Positions 28,472 to 37,554 of a stretch of 64,000 nt of DNA are shown one piece after another (within the stretch, counting starts at the first letter, position 1; every line of letters begins with the position of its first letter). The notes under the pieces are model-generated. The model saw nothing but the letters and a program-made list of their open reading frames with translations, was not told the DNA's origin and did no database searches. The stretch is taken from the IMG/VR virus record IMGVR_UViG_3300005573_000058, positions 64,001-128,000 of that record; one strand, 5' to 3'. The DNA is from a virus. The translations under genes and the position numbers were made by a program.

Positions 28472-29028
28472 TATATCCAATGAGTCCTGTTCCATTACTA
28501 AATCCTAAACTATTAGGCGATGTAAGAAGATATTGGCTGAACTATAAATATGATGGCTGGAGATTAATAGTAGATAAAGGTAAATTTTTTTCTAGAAGGG
28601 GGAACGAGCTGAAAGGATGGATAGGACTTGATAGATTTAAAGATCTAGGTTATGAATATCCTCTTGATTGTGAGCTCATGACGTTGGATATGAAAAGAAC
28701 ATCTATACCATCTGTTAAAAATCAAGATGTAGCTGTTCTTATTATATTGGATGTAATAGTAGAAGATGTTCCTATAGAAGATAGAATATCATTATTTCCA
28801 TCTATCTATAATAACTGTAGATATAAACATTGTGAATTTTATAGTATTGAAAATGTGGACGATATAAATAGGTATTTAGAACAGGCTATAAGAACAGGAT
28901 ACTGTGATGGCATTGTATTAAAAAAGAAAAACAGCTTATATTATCCTGGAAGGGAAGAGCAGATTATGAGCGTTGATTGGATAAAGGTAAAAGAGAGAAT
29001 AAAAGAAAATAAAAAGGAGGTCATATGA
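28468..29028 (+). CDS. ATP-dependent ligase, adenylation domain only
   Basis: KYDGWR (motif I), DCEL, DGIVLK, WIKVK; ends with no OB domain. Confidence 0.8.
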   Translation: MIYPMSPVPLLNPKLLGDVRRYWLNYKYDGWRLIVDKGKFFSRRGNELKGWIGLDRFKDLGYEYPLDCELMTLDMKRTSIPSVKNQDVAVLIILDVIVEDVPIEDRISLFPSIYNNCRYKHCEFYSIENVDDINRYLEQAIRTGYCDGIVLKKKNSLYYPGREEQIMSVDWIKVKERIKENKKEVI

Positions 29029-29393
29029 ATGGTGATATATTATTGTCAACTTTAACAAACGTAGCTGTTAAAAGGATATCTGATGAAATGTATGAAGTTA
29101 TAGTTGATGAGTTAGATAGACATAATGATAAAATAGCTGTATATGTGAAGTTTGTATATGGTAAGATAATATTAACAGACGACGAATATTATTATTATGA
29201 TATAATATCATGTCACGATTCATTTGATGTTCGACAGGAGGTTTTATCTATAATAAGTAAATATAATGTAAAATTAATTAGGAATGAACTGGTTATGGAG
29301 ACAAATGAGAAGAACTTAAAAGAAGATTTTATAAACTATGTAAAAGCAATAAAAGCGTTGAATACTTATTTTGATACATATAAGAAAGTATAA
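29025..29393 (+). CDS. DUF1828-like protein
   Basis: LDRHND.I.VYV...ILTDD pattern. Confidence 0.55.
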   Translation: MNGDILLSTLTNVAVKRISDEMYEVIVDELDRHNDKIAVYVKFVYGKIILTDDEYYYYDIISCHDSFDVRQEVLSIISKYNVKLIRNELVMETNEKNLKEDFINYVKAIKALNTYFDTYKKV

Positions 29394-29413
29394 ATTTAGA
29401 AAAGGAGGTAATT

Positions 29414-29725
29414 ATGAATAAGCAACAATTAAAAGAAGAACTTAAAGATGTTAAAATATTATATTTTGTTTCCAAAAATTCAACTTATACGAATTGGAAT
29501 GTGTATTATGTAAAGGATAATAGATTACATCAGATATGGATCGACACAGATGAAAAAGATATTCCAACGTTTTGGATACCTGAACATATAACGAAAAAAG
29601 GAAATCGAATAGGTGGATATTTTCAGAATACTGTACTAGGTAGTAGTAGAGTATTTGAGATAGCATTAAGTCTTAGTAGATGGCTATATAATGGTGAGCA
29701 TGAATTTGATTATGTGATTTTATAG
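29414..29725 (+). CDS. Hypothetical protein
   Basis: ORF with SD immediately upstream of the RT. Confidence 0.75.
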   Translation: MNKQQLKEELKDVKILYFVSKNSTYTNWNVYYVKDNRLHQIWIDTDEKDIPTFWIPEHITKKGNRIGGYFQNTVLGSSRVFEIALSLSRWLYNGEHEFDYVIL

Positions 29726-29739
29726 AAAGGAGGTTGAAA

Positions 29740-31899
29740 ATGGATAAAAGTATTTTAGCAACATATGTATATACGTTATATACATCGTTGAAAAACTCTA
29801 TAGAAAAATTATATAGTAGTAGTCCGCAAATTAAAAAAGATATTCTTACAAATAGATATTTTATGCCAGATTACAAAAATGAGTATGTTAAAGAATTTAT
29901 AAAAAAGAAAAGGACAGGTGGTATAAGAAGAATATATGAGCCATCAGGAGAGTTGAAAGAAGTTTTAGTTAATTTTGATTTATTTATGAAGTCTATATGG
30001 CTGTTTGATAATAATTATAATTATGTTATAATGAGGAAGGACGATGAAGAAGATGATGTAACAAGTTATATAGAGAAGTACAAGTATATTAAATATAAAA
30101 ATAATACAGCATTTATATTATCAACAAGAGGATCTAGTGTAGCAGGATTTGAAAAGATGATAGAAGATTACTTTTTATCTAAAAATCCAGATGATTATTT
30201 GATCATTAAAACAGATGTGAAAGATTTTTTTACATCTGTAAGATATGATGTGATGGCAAATATATTCAAAACAGTATATAGTGATTTATATAATAATTTT
30301 AGTGAGTTGACAGCTCAAATAGGTATTACGCCTTTAGAAGATTTCTTAAGTGTAATATCAGATGCTTTGGCATTATCGTTTTATAAAGGATCGTTACCGC
30401 AAGGTTTTCCGACATCTCCGTTGTTATCATATTATTATATAATAGGTAATAAGCTTTTATGTAGTGAAACTTTTTCTTTAAAACTGGCAAAGCTTTCTGC
30501 TAGAGATAAAGATAAATATAACAGAGATGACAGTTTTTATATCTGCAATAAAATACCTATTAGTTTGACAACAAGACAAAAGTTAGACTATATAATAGAT
30601 ACTATCTGTACTAAAAAGGCTGATCTGAACAAAGAGATAATAAAGGTAAGAATAGAAGATATAGTTACAAGATATGCATCTGATATATTTTTAAATGTAA
30701 TATTACAATATCCAATAAATAAGTTAGTTCATTTAAAAAAGGATCCTAAAGCAGATACTAATAGACTTAGTTGTACATTTTCTATAGTAAACTATGTCGA
30801 TGATGTTCTATTTATTATGAATAATGTGTTGATTAGAGAAGTCAGAAAATGGCAATCAAGAAAGGAATATATGAAAGCGCTTTCAGGAGATATAAAGAAT
30901 AGTATTGGTATAGGATTAGATAGAGATTTAGTTAATATGGTATATAGTGCAATTATGTATAAATTAACTGATGTATTAATGTATTTCTATTTTAATCCTG
31001 TAGATGTCCTGAATAAGAAATCTCTATCTAGACCTATGGTAATAAATAGTTATAAAATAAATGCAACAGTAAATGTCTTGTCATATCCTGAGATAGCAGA
31101 TTTGTTTTTAAAATGTTTTGTTAAGGTAAAAGAGAAATATGATAATACAACTGATACGAATGAGAAGAATGTATATCTAAGTCTTTTGTATAGATTCTTG
31201 TTGATAGATGAACTTTATGTCAGCTTATATGATGCAGAAAGTATACTGCAAGAATATAATTTCTTAAAATATAGCGATTTATATAAGCAATATAAAGAGA
31301 AGTATTTAGCACTATCTGATTTTTATCCTGAGTTGGACAAGTCGATATATTTAGATAAGTCTACTGGAACAGTAGAAAAATTAGCAAAAGAGCTGGAGGA
31401 TATGCTTTATAAAGATGATATAGATGCATATATGATTAGAATAATTGGACTGGATAAGATTGGACAGGTTATTAAGTTATATGGTAATTCATATGTAAAA
31501 GAAGAAAATGGAATATTGTATTATGATGGTGTACCAGCATTCAGTCATAGAAAAACTAGAGTTATGTTCTTTAAAACGTTGAAGAAAGTATTAGGTATGA
31601 TATGGATGAAGAATGGTAAATTATCTCCAGCAAAGTATAAATCGTACAGAGAGCAGATATTTCAGATTTTGAAAAAAATTAAAGAAAAGCCCTTGACAAA
31701 ACAGGAAATTAATATTATAATTAAGATGGACGTAAAAGATTATATAAAACAGATAGATGGTTATTTTTCTTATGCAGAAGAGTTGAAATCAGTAAGTGAT
31801 AGGAGAGCGTTTAAGGAATTTAAAGATATGTATAACAAATTCAAAGAATATGTTGCTAGTTTAGAAGAAGTAGAACAAAAACAAGGAGGTAGTATATGA
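29740..31899 (+). CDS. Reverse transcriptase, retron-like core with two large insertions
   Basis: KKRTGGIRRIYEP, KTDVKDFFTSV, LPQGFPTSPLLS, YVDD, KTR...VLG. Confidence 0.88.
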   Translation: MDKSILATYVYTLYTSLKNSIEKLYSSSPQIKKDILTNRYFMPDYKNEYVKEFIKKKRTGGIRRIYEPSGELKEVLVNFDLFMKSIWLFDNNYNYVIMRKDDEEDDVTSYIEKYKYIKYKNNTAFILSTRGSSVAGFEKMIEDYFLSKNPDDYLIIKTDVKDFFTSVRYDVMANIFKTVYSDLYNNFSELTAQIGITPLEDFLSVISDALALSFYKGSLPQGFPTSPLLSYYYIIGNKLLCSETFSLKLAKLSARDKDKYNRDDSFYICNKIPISLTTRQKLDYIIDTICTKKADLNKEIIKVRIEDIVTRYASDIFLNVILQYPINKLVHLKKDPKADTNRLSCTFSIVNYVDDVLFIMNNVLIREVRKWQSRKEYMKALSGDIKNSIGIGLDRDLVNMVYSAIMYKLTDVLMYFYFNPVDVLNKKSLSRPMVINSYKINATVNVLSYPEIADLFLKCFVKVKEKYDNTTDTNEKNVYLSLLYRFLLIDELYVSLYDAESILQEYNFLKYSDLYKQYKEKYLALSDFYPELDKSIYLDKSTGTVEKLAKELEDMLYKDDIDAYMIRIIGLDKIGQVIKLYGNSYVKEENGILYYDGVPAFSHRKTRVMFFKTLKKVLGMIWMKNGKLSPAKYKSYREQIFQILKKIKEKPLTKQEINIIIKMDVKDYIKQIDGYFSYAEELKSVSDRRAFKEFKDMYNKFKEYVASLEEVEQKQGGSI
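31693..31721 (+). promoter_or_regulatory. Consensus sigma70-type promoter inside the RT 3' end
   Basis: TTGACA-N17-TATAAT. Confidence 0.7.
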
Positions 31900-32120
31900 A
31901 AAAGCTGCCAAATGAGTTATGGTCGCCTAATAAAGTTAAAATATTTGGTAAAGGTCAGTTATCAGATAACGAGTTTACAAGGCTAGTTATAGCTATTGAT
32001 AATCTTATGTCAAGTATCGCTGAATATGATAGTGAATATTATTCAAATGGTGAGATGAATTTACATTATAAGTGCGGCAATTGGAATATAATGATAACTA
32101 TTAATGATGAGGAAGTTTAA
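31896..32120 (+). CDS. Hypothetical protein
   Basis: Coupled to the RT stop; SD. Confidence 0.7.
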   Translation: MKKLPNELWSPNKVKIFGKGQLSDNEFTRLVIAIDNLMSSIAEYDSEYYSNGEMNLHYKCGNWNIMITINDEEV

Positions 32121-32269
32121 TACTATTCAAAAAGGAGGTAGTAATGGTTAATGTAATAGTATATTTTGTAACAATTATTGTTGTTATTGCTGCTGATTAT
32201 ATGTTGCAGAGATATATGGAATATAGAAGAAATAGATTTGTTATTAATGAGCCATAGTTAGGAGTTGTT

Positions 32270-33139
32270 ATGCCTAATTGGTGCGAAGATTATTTGACAA
32301 TAATAACAGAGAGAAAAAATAAAGAAAGAGTAGATGATATTTTTAGAAGTATATATAATCTGGAAGAAGTATTTGAAGGAACAAAAGATATATCAGATGT
32401 GTTAAAATTGCAGAAGTTTAAATTGCTGAATAAAAAGCGGCTGAGAAGTATCAGATCATCTATATTGAACGAAAGAGTTGTTATAGATAAAAATATATTA
32501 ACTGAAGATAAATGGATACGGATCAATTATGATAATATCAGAGATGAGATCTTTAGTTTTGTTGGTAGTATAAGAAGTAAAGAATATAAGAATTATCTTA
32601 ATGTAAATGCTACAGAAAGTAATGTGAAAGAAGTGTACGAGGTAAAAGGAGTTTCGTATATAGGTATGAAAATTACGATAGCAGTTGATAGAAAATTAGA
32701 AAACTTTTATAAAGAAATTGACGATCCGATATCAGCAACTGTAACCTTTCAATCGGCATGGTCAGCACCAACTAGTTTTTTCAGTCATATTTGTGATATA
32801 TTTAAACGTCATAAGAAAAATGCTCATATTATACTTCGAACGTTTGAGCCTGGAATGGGATTTTCTGAAAGGTTAGATGTACGCTTATCTACTAATATGT
32901 CAGTTATATATGTTTCGACATTGTTGGAAGCAACAGAATGTCCTTCCTGTCATGAAATGTTTTCTAAACTTACTACAATGGTAACAGGATATTTGGAAGT
33001 TTTAGATAGGTGTCCAAGATGTGGCTGTCCACTTGATAATTTCTCATTTGATTATAATGATACTGTTTTGTCGAAACTGTTAAATAGAATAGATAATTAT
33101 ATAAGTATGAAATATGAAATAAAAAGAGGTGGAAAATGA
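32270..33139 (+). CDS. DUF1281/YubB-like protein with C-terminal Zn ribbon
   Basis: MPNWC.., F.SAWS.P, EPGMGF; CPSC and CPRC. Confidence 0.65.
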   Translation: MPNWCEDYLTIITERKNKERVDDIFRSIYNLEEVFEGTKDISDVLKLQKFKLLNKKRLRSIRSSILNERVVIDKNILTEDKWIRINYDNIRDEIFSFVGSIRSKEYKNYLNVNATESNVKEVYEVKGVSYIGMKITIAVDRKLENFYKEIDDPISATVTFQSAWSAPTSFFSHICDIFKRHKKNAHIILRTFEPGMGFSERLDVRLSTNMSVIYVSTLLEATECPSCHEMFSKLTTMVTGYLEVLDRCPRCGCPLDNFSFDYNDTVLSKLLNRIDNYISMKYEIKRGGK

Positions 33140-34131
33140 AAATAGCATTGTATTCAGATGTACATTTGAAACTTGATGTTGGTAAGCAATATGTTGAAAG
33201 GTTAGAAGAGTTAGAGCAGTTTTATAAATATTTAGAGAAGAACGATGTTAAAAAGATATTCTTTTTAGGCGATTTGTTTCAAAGAAAGTATATATTAGAA
33301 GATGTTTTGATCCATTATGTATCTAAGTTTTTTGCATCTAAGAATATAGAGACTTACTTCTTGGTAGGTAATCATGATAAAGGTATAAATGATATAAATT
33401 TAATGTCGTTTTTGATATTAAAAGATATATATCATATAATTGATGAATATCAGTATGTTGATATTGATAATGTTAGATTACATCTACTACCATGGAAGAG
33501 AGAATTTCCTGATCTAGGTATGGTAGAAATGTCGAATTCTAAAAAGAATTTTCTGTTAATGCATTTTTATCCAAGATGTGTAGTAGAATATGATAATATA
33601 AAGTATGTTATCAGTTCGTCTAAAAAAGATAGTTTTGATATGAATGCTGTTAAAGATTTTGATAAAGTTGTAACAGGTCATCTACATTATCCGTTTATAA
33701 AAGATAATTTGATTGTAGTAGGTTGTTTATTTCCAACATCTTTCGCTGAGACATTTGATACAAAATTTATTGTAATGGATACTGAGACTGTAACTGTTGA
33801 GAATGTATCAACATCATCAGTTGTTGATTATCCAAAGTACGTAACGCTAGATGTAAAAGATGTTGATATAAATAATATAAAAGAAAGTAAAAACTATTAT
33901 AGAATAATATACAATGATGTAAAAGATATTGAAAGAATAAGGTCGAAAGTGAATATTGACAGAATACAGTTCGTCTATGAAAAAGTGAGAAGATATGATG
34001 ATAATAATGAACTTGTGTCTTTCGATCTTGATCTATTATCATTGTTTAAAACGTTCATTGACGATAAAGTGGAAGATAGTGAGAAAGAGAAGATGATAGA
34101 AAGATTTAAAGATTTTGAAAAAAGGAGGTAA
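33136..34131 (+). CDS. sbcD: SbcD/Mre11-like metallophosphoesterase nuclease
   Basis: SDVH, GDLF, GNHD, GHLH. Confidence 0.85.
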   Translation: MKIALYSDVHLKLDVGKQYVERLEELEQFYKYLEKNDVKKIFFLGDLFQRKYILEDVLIHYVSKFFASKNIETYFLVGNHDKGINDINLMSFLILKDIYHIIDEYQYVDIDNVRLHLLPWKREFPDLGMVEMSNSKKNFLLMHFYPRCVVEYDNIKYVISSSKKDSFDMNAVKDFDKVVTGHLHYPFIKDNLIVVGCLFPTSFAETFDTKFIVMDTETVTVENVSTSSVVDYPKYVTLDVKDVDINNIKESKNYYRIIYNDVKDIERIRSKVNIDRIQFVYEKVRRYDDNNELVSFDLDLLSLFKTFIDDKVEDSEKEKMIERFKDFEKRR

Positions 34132-34502
34132 AGATGAAAAAAGTAAAAATAGTAGAAGTTGGTGAAAAAGATATTGAAATTGATGGTAAAAAAGTAGAAG
34201 AAACAAGAATAGATTTAATATTGAAAAATCTAATAGAAGAAGGTTATAAGTTAATGTTTGTAAAAAAGGAGGTGTATCATGAAAGATAAGAAAGGAGAAA
34301 AAGTAAAAGTTGGAATTTCTGTTAATGAAAATGGTTTGTATGAAATTGAAGAGTTTGTGGAAGATGATGATAGAGATTATGATGTTATAATAGAACTCGA
34401 TAAAGAAAAATCTGATAGATGGTTCAAGATATTTGTAGATTTTTGGAAATTACAGTTTGAATTAGAAGATATTTGTAAAGTGTATAAAAGGAGGAGGTAG
34501 TT

Positions 34503-35768
34503 ATGGAATTGAATGATTTGCTATCAGGTCTAATAGATAAGATCTCATTATATTTAGGTAGTAAGTTTACGATCGAATACGAAGGTGCAGAAGAAGGTGT
34601 AATTAATGTTGATAAAACATATCTTCAATTCAGCATGCCATATAACGAGTTACCAAGATTTGTAAAGAGGAAGATAGAAGGTGATTACGATAAGAAGAAA
34701 GTATACATTTATACAACTAATAATGTTGGTTCTATAACGAGTGGTATAGATGATATTCGGAAACAAATGATAATATTACAGTTGAATATTATGCTGTCTA
34801 ATTTAGAGATAGGTAAAAAATATGGAGTATGGTATATATCTAGGTCAGCGCTTGATAATTTATTTTCACGTATAAAAGAATCAAGACACTATATTACTCG
34901 GCTTCTTAATATAGGTCGTTATAAAAAGACACATGTTGAAGATATAATGAAATTTGCATTTAACAATGTTACATTGAATCCAGATAGAAAATATACAGAT
35001 TTTAGAATAAAAGAAGATCACATTTTTAAAGACTATTTGTCAGCTGAAGTATCTCGTATGTTAATTGATACATATCTACAAACGTATAATGGTAATCTAA
35101 AGAATATAGTATTTTCGTTAGATTTATTTAAAGATATAGAATATGGCAGGTATACGAGTAAGCTTCGTGAAGGCAAACAATCTGTGTTTAGGGGCAAAAA
35201 AGGAAAACCTATTAATCTGGTAAGAGTTGAAAACGGTGAGCTACTAATGAGTTTATCAGGAAAAAAAGAAAAGAAGGATAACGATGAAGTAAAACGGCTT
35301 GGTCTAAAAACGTTGTTAAATGTTATTATGTATGTTAAGAAGGTAATTACTGAACATAATCTTTCAAGCTATATGCATTTTGAAATTAGTCAGTATAATA
35401 ATGATAGCCGTTACGTGGCAGCGTATAAACTTATAGAGCAAGGATTGTTATTGTTTAAAGTTCAGAGAGATGAGGAAGATGCATTTAGAACTGTGCCGTT
35501 AGAAAATATATTAGTAATGGTTGATGAAGATGGTAAAATGATAGATACAATGCAGGAGTTATCCATTTATATGCCGATATTAAAACCAGCAGTGAACAAG
35601 TATAAAAACGCAATTAAATATGATGAATTATTTGGAACTGATACTTGCGATTTTAGTTTATTTGCTAATATGTTAGAAGATGCAAGGAATAATTCTGAGA
35701 TAACTGAAGGTAGTTACACAAGAAATGATTTATACTATGTTCCGTTGTTTGAAATTAAACATAAATAA
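34503..35768 (+). CDS. Hypothetical protein
   Basis: 421-aa ORF with SD. Confidence 0.8.
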   Translation: MELNDLLSGLIDKISLYLGSKFTIEYEGAEEGVINVDKTYLQFSMPYNELPRFVKRKIEGDYDKKKVYIYTTNNVGSITSGIDDIRKQMIILQLNIMLSNLEIGKKYGVWYISRSALDNLFSRIKESRHYITRLLNIGRYKKTHVEDIMKFAFNNVTLNPDRKYTDFRIKEDHIFKDYLSAEVSRMLIDTYLQTYNGNLKNIVFSLDLFKDIEYGRYTSKLREGKQSVFRGKKGKPINLVRVENGELLMSLSGKKEKKDNDEVKRLGLKTLLNVIMYVKKVITEHNLSSYMHFEISQYNNDSRYVAAYKLIEQGLLLFKVQRDEEDAFRTVPLENILVMVDEDGKMIDTMQELSIYMPILKPAVNKYKNAIKYDELFGTDTCDFSLFANMLEDARNNSEITEGSYTRNDLYYVPLFEIKHK

Positions 35769-35998
35769 AAGGAGGTGAATATGAACGCATTTGAAAAGTA
35801 TATAAATGATCAAATAGAAGCAACAGGAAATTGCAATCCAGATGATTATTCTAAATTAGAACGTACAATGATGAGTATAATTAACAAGTTTTTTGTCATG
35901 ATTAAAGAGGAATATGATAAATTAGACGATGCAGAGAAAACAAGACCAGATGCAAAAGATGTAAAAATGAAACCATTATTTTAAAAAGGAGGTGTGTT

Positions 35999-36640
35999 AT
36001 GAGTATAAAAGAGTTAGAAAAAGAGTTGAAAATAGAAACAAAAGAGGAAAAGATAGCTACAGGATATATAACTTTAGAGTATGACGAAATAACATATAAA
36101 GACTATAAATTGACTGTGAAACCAGTATATGATAGTGAAGTATATGATATCTTGTATGATGGCTTAAAGGAAAACTACGATTGCATTTTGGTTAATTATC
36201 ATAGGGATTTTCATGTCACAAGTGATATAATTGATGAAGAGACAGTAAGAGGGTTATATACAGGTGAAATAGATTGGGATAAAAAAGAGAAAGAATTAAG
36301 ATATTGGATATTTTATTTGAGTTGCCTAATTCATGGCGAAGTTTGGTTAAAATTAGGTTATACTGGTTTTAGTAGTGATCCTGGTGGATGGGATACATCA
36401 CATGTTGGTTTAGTTCTGGTTAGGAAAGATATATATAAAACTAGAAAGGAAGCAGAACAGGCTGCAGTAAATTATGTTGGAATCTGGAATAAGGTATTGA
36501 GTGGTGACGTCTATGATGTGAAGGTATATAAGAATGAAGAAGAAATAGATAATTTTGTTGCTGTTGGTAAAGACGAAGTATATGAGTATATAAATAATAT
36601 TGAGAACAATAATAACAAAGGAGGTAACTATGAAAATTAA
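35999..36640 (+). CDS. Phage hypothetical protein (WD...VG and LSGDVY motifs)
   Basis: ORF with SD. Confidence 0.75.
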   Translation: MSIKELEKELKIETKEEKIATGYITLEYDEITYKDYKLTVKPVYDSEVYDILYDGLKENYDCILVNYHRDFHVTSDIIDEETVRGLYTGEIDWDKKEKELRYWIFYLSCLIHGEVWLKLGYTGFSSDPGGWDTSHVGLVLVRKDIYKTRKEAEQAAVNYVGIWNKVLSGDVYDVKVYKNEEEIDNFVAVGKDEVYEYINNIENNNNKGGNYEN

Positions 36641-37118
36641 GTTACTTAATGTAAGGAAAGGTATAGGTAAAGTAGTAAGTTTCGTAGATGTTGGATTTTT
36701 TGGTAAAGATGAAAGTACACCATTAATTACGTATAGGAGTATTCCTATATTAAAAGGTGGCAATTCGTTATATGCAATTGTTGATGTTCCAGCAAGAAAT
36801 GGTGAAGGAAAAGTTCAGAGAAGATCTAAAGATCAAAAACCGTTTATTCAAGTATATTTTTCTCAACAGGTTAAAGATAAGATAATAGAACTGTATAGTA
36901 GTTATGCGAATAGTGATCCATCTGTTATAAATAATGTTAATACTTCAGGTAAGTCGAGTGGTATGAAATCACCGAAGAAAGTGTATAGTGGCGGAAATAA
37001 ATATAGTCCAAAAGCTAAATATACTCCAACAGAAGATGATATAGATCCAAATGTTAATACGAACGATGATGAATTTGAACTTGATGAGCCAGGTAATAAT
37101 GATGAAGAAGAAATATAA
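36630..37118 (+). CDS. SpoVG-like nucleic-acid-binding protein with acidic tail (possible SSB)
   Basis: N-terminal pattern resembles SpoVG; very acidic C-terminus. Confidence 0.5.
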   Translation: MKIKLLNVRKGIGKVVSFVDVGFFGKDESTPLITYRSIPILKGGNSLYAIVDVPARNGEGKVQRRSKDQKPFIQVYFSQQVKDKIIELYSSYANSDPSVINNVNTSGKSSGMKSPKKVYSGGNKYSPKAKYTPTEDDIDPNVNTNDDEFELDEPGNNDEEEI

Positions 37119-37143
37119 CAAATGAATGAAAAAGGAGGTATAT

Positions 37144-37554
37144 ATGGAGTTACAATTATTAAGAGTAAGACAGCCTAATGAGGCATTAAAGAAGACAGGA
37201 ACTGTAGCATTATTAGATGTTATGTTATTGGAGAAAAAAGATAGTATAACAATTCCTATAATGCGATTAAATTCGGTTATAGTAAAGCAATCGTTGAAAC
37301 GGCCAGGAACATATTATGTTTCGGATGGAGTATTAATGAGAGGTAAAGGTGGAGTATTGAAAAGTAAACAGGGTAGTAATTTATATTCAGTTAAATTTTT
37401 CAGATACTTTACAAACAGTATACTTAAGCTATATGGAGAATATTTAAAAGTATATAATTTATCACCAGAAGAACCTAAAATATTAGATTCTAATAAAGGT
37501 ATTATAACAGTATCAACAGAAGAAGATGAAGTAAAAGAGAGCAGAGCAAAATGA
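37144..37554 (+). CDS. Probable paralog of the preceding SpoVG-like protein
   Basis: M...LL.VR....V...DV...P....; F......I..LY. Confidence 0.45.
   Translation: MELQLLRVRQPNEALKKTGTVALLDVMLLEKKDSITIPIMRLNSVIVKQSLKRPGTYYVSDGVLMRGKGGVLKSKQGSNLYSVKFFRYFTNSILKLYGEYLKVYNLSPEEPKILDSNKGIITVSTEEDEVKESRAK

Noticed and set aside
29740-31899. Classical retron, DGR or group II intron
   Set aside because: No upstream space for msr-msd, no TR/VR pair or Avd-like gene seen, and no intron domain V/VI or maturase domain recognised
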